Source of the DNA: Rhodosorus marinus CCMP1338
Taxonomy: Eukaryota; Plantae; Rhodophyta
Direction: 5' to 3'
DNA: 17,875 nt
NCBI GenBank assembly: GCA_029953675.1
Contig: JAMWBK010000017.1
Span: forward strand, 1-17,875
Shown: one piece after another, positions 16,613 through 17,875 of the stretch
Numbering within the stretch: the first letter of the stretch is position 1
How the letters are laid out: each line of letters opens with the position of its first letter
The notes under the pieces: model-generated
Database searches by the model: none
The model's input: only the letters and a program-made list of their open reading frames with translations
Told to the model about the DNA's origin: nothing
Translations under genes and position numbers: made by a program

Positions 16613-17875
16613 TGCCGAGCAGACGTAGGGGAATCAAACGACGCCGCGAAGAGCCTCTTTTCTTCTCGGATCGTCAAGACTGGATCAGGCGGTGGAGCGT
16701 CTTCGTCGACGACGTCACGGAAGGAGGCAGGCAGTGGACGCGCCTTACACACTGCCCGGTTCCCACACGGCGATTTGTGCCACGCGCCCAGGTTCACACA
16801 TGGAGCTGCCTCTTCCGTGCTGCATTAGAGCTCTCTATGGACAGCACCGCACCAGCAAACGCCAGCCTGCTTCTTGTCGGACTTCCAGGCCTTGTCCTCG
16901 GACACTCTGCACTTGATGTTGGCATTCAGGTATCGCATGTGCTTGAAGGAGAATTCTCTACGGTCTGGAGCGCTCTAGAGGACAAGGCGTCTATGCTGTC
17001 GCGTACTACCGCACCGCAAGGAGCTGAAGCGGTTCGACGCAAACATCTCGGGCGCCACAAGCGAGCGCTGAAACTAGCACACCTTGGCCGCCTTTCAGAC
17101 GCAGCTCGGAGCCTACAGGCCACCGAAATGGCACCTTTTACCGCGGCTACGTGGAGACAACTACAAGCGCTCTTTCCCAACCCGGCGGAAGGTGACTTAC
17201 CAGACGAGATTGCACACGCACTGCAATCTTTGCTCGCTCTGAATACCGAAACACTAAAGCGGCGGTGGGATTCAAGAAAAGCGGCCGACGAGGGCCTCAT
17301 GTCGATCGTGGCACGTCTTCCTCAGGGCAAGAGCCCAGGCCCTAGCGGTCTCCGAGCGGAACACCTCCAAGGTGCAACCCAACAGACGCAAGTGGCGTTG
17401 ATTCGTGTATTGCGACAACTGGCGACCGCTCCTGAGAAATTTTCCCCGGCTCTGACCCGCGCCCTTCGCAGTAGTCGACTCCTGCCGTTCACGAAGCCTA
17501 ACAAGGGTTCAGTGCCGCAGGAGCATCCCGGAGTTCGCCCTATCGGAGTGCCAGAAGTTTTGCGCAAGGTAGCAACGCAATGGACTCTTCACGCGGTTAT
17601 GGACAGGGTGCATGAGCTCCTGGTGCCCTTACAACTGGGTATAGGAGTAAGTGGCGGGTGCGAACGCTCGCTTCACGCGATCCAGGCCCATTTGTCATGC
17701 GAACCCGATTCGGTGGTCCTTCGCTTAGACCTTGAGAATGCCTTTAATCGCATCGACCGACGCCTTGCCAAGCAACTGGTGGACGAACACTTGCCGGAGC
17801 TTGCACCAGTGTATAGACTTGGCTATGGAAGCGACAACGCGGACTCACCGACGCTCTGTGGCTGGCGATCTTCCT
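16612..17875 (+). CDS. ORF2 N-terminal part of element 7 (to RT motif LDLENAFN), partial; frameshift in T run near 16660
   Basis: MPSRRRGIKRRREEPL, then open to the window end after a one-base shift: GKSPGPSG, VRPIGVPEV, QLGIGVSGGCE, LDLENAFN. Missing from the ORF track, probably because it has no stop inside the window. Confidence 0.9.
   Translation, partial: MPSRRRGIKRRREEPLFFSDRQDWIRRWSVFVDDVTEGGRQWTRLTHCPVPTRRFVPRAQVHTWSCLFRAALELSMDSTAPANASLLLVGLPGLVLGHSALDVGIQVSHVLEGEFSTVWSALEDKASMLSRTTAPQGAEAVRRKHLGRHKRALKLAHLGRLSDAARSLQATEMAPFTAATWRQLQALFPNPAEGDLPDEIAHALQSLLALNTETLKRRWDSRKAADEGLMSIVARLPQGKSPGPSGLRAEHLQGATQQTQVALIRVLRQLATAPEKFSPALTRALRSSRLLPFTKPNKGSVPQEHPGVRPIGVPEVLRKVATQWTLHAVMDRVHELLVPLQLGIGVSGGCERSLHAIQAHLSCEPDSVVLRLDLENAFNRIDRRLAKQLVDEHLPELAPVYRLGYGSDNADSPTLCGWRSS

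Larger units (their letters stand above)
14958..17875 (+). mobile_element. Element 7: B2-related copy with an apparently complete 5' end; runs off the window
   Basis: About 63-nt leader, complete ORF1, TAATG overlap, ORF2 N-terminus and early RT motifs colinear with element 4. Confidence 0.93.

Overview
Eukaryotic DNA (GT-AG introns are present; the host cannot be named from sequence alone). Most of the window is a head-to-tail array of at least seven non-LTR retrotransposon copies of the restriction-like-endonuclease (RLE) class, CRE-like in their RT motifs, all on the + strand. They come from two deep lineages: A (elements 1 and 2) and B (elements 3-7, several subfamilies). Six junctions carry a G-rich motif, GG-TTACGTTAGTCTGGGG. 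It follows intact 3' ends, precedes 5' ends, and twice occurs as short irregular tandem tracts. This pattern fits site-specific insertion into a 16-nt telomere-like repeat. The elements have two ORFs: an unfamiliar ORF1, and an ORF2 encoding RT (YHDD/IHDD), a zinc knuckle and an RLE; in lineage B the ORFs are joined by a TAATG overlap. Their 3' ends share a small stem-loop architecture with compensatory substitutions. A ~3.8 kb island (3977-7763) interrupts the array. It holds a 28-bp minisatellite, a four-exon gene for a probably secreted Cys-rich protein, and decayed retroelement remnants. Several frameshifts lie in homopolymer runs and may be assembly errors.
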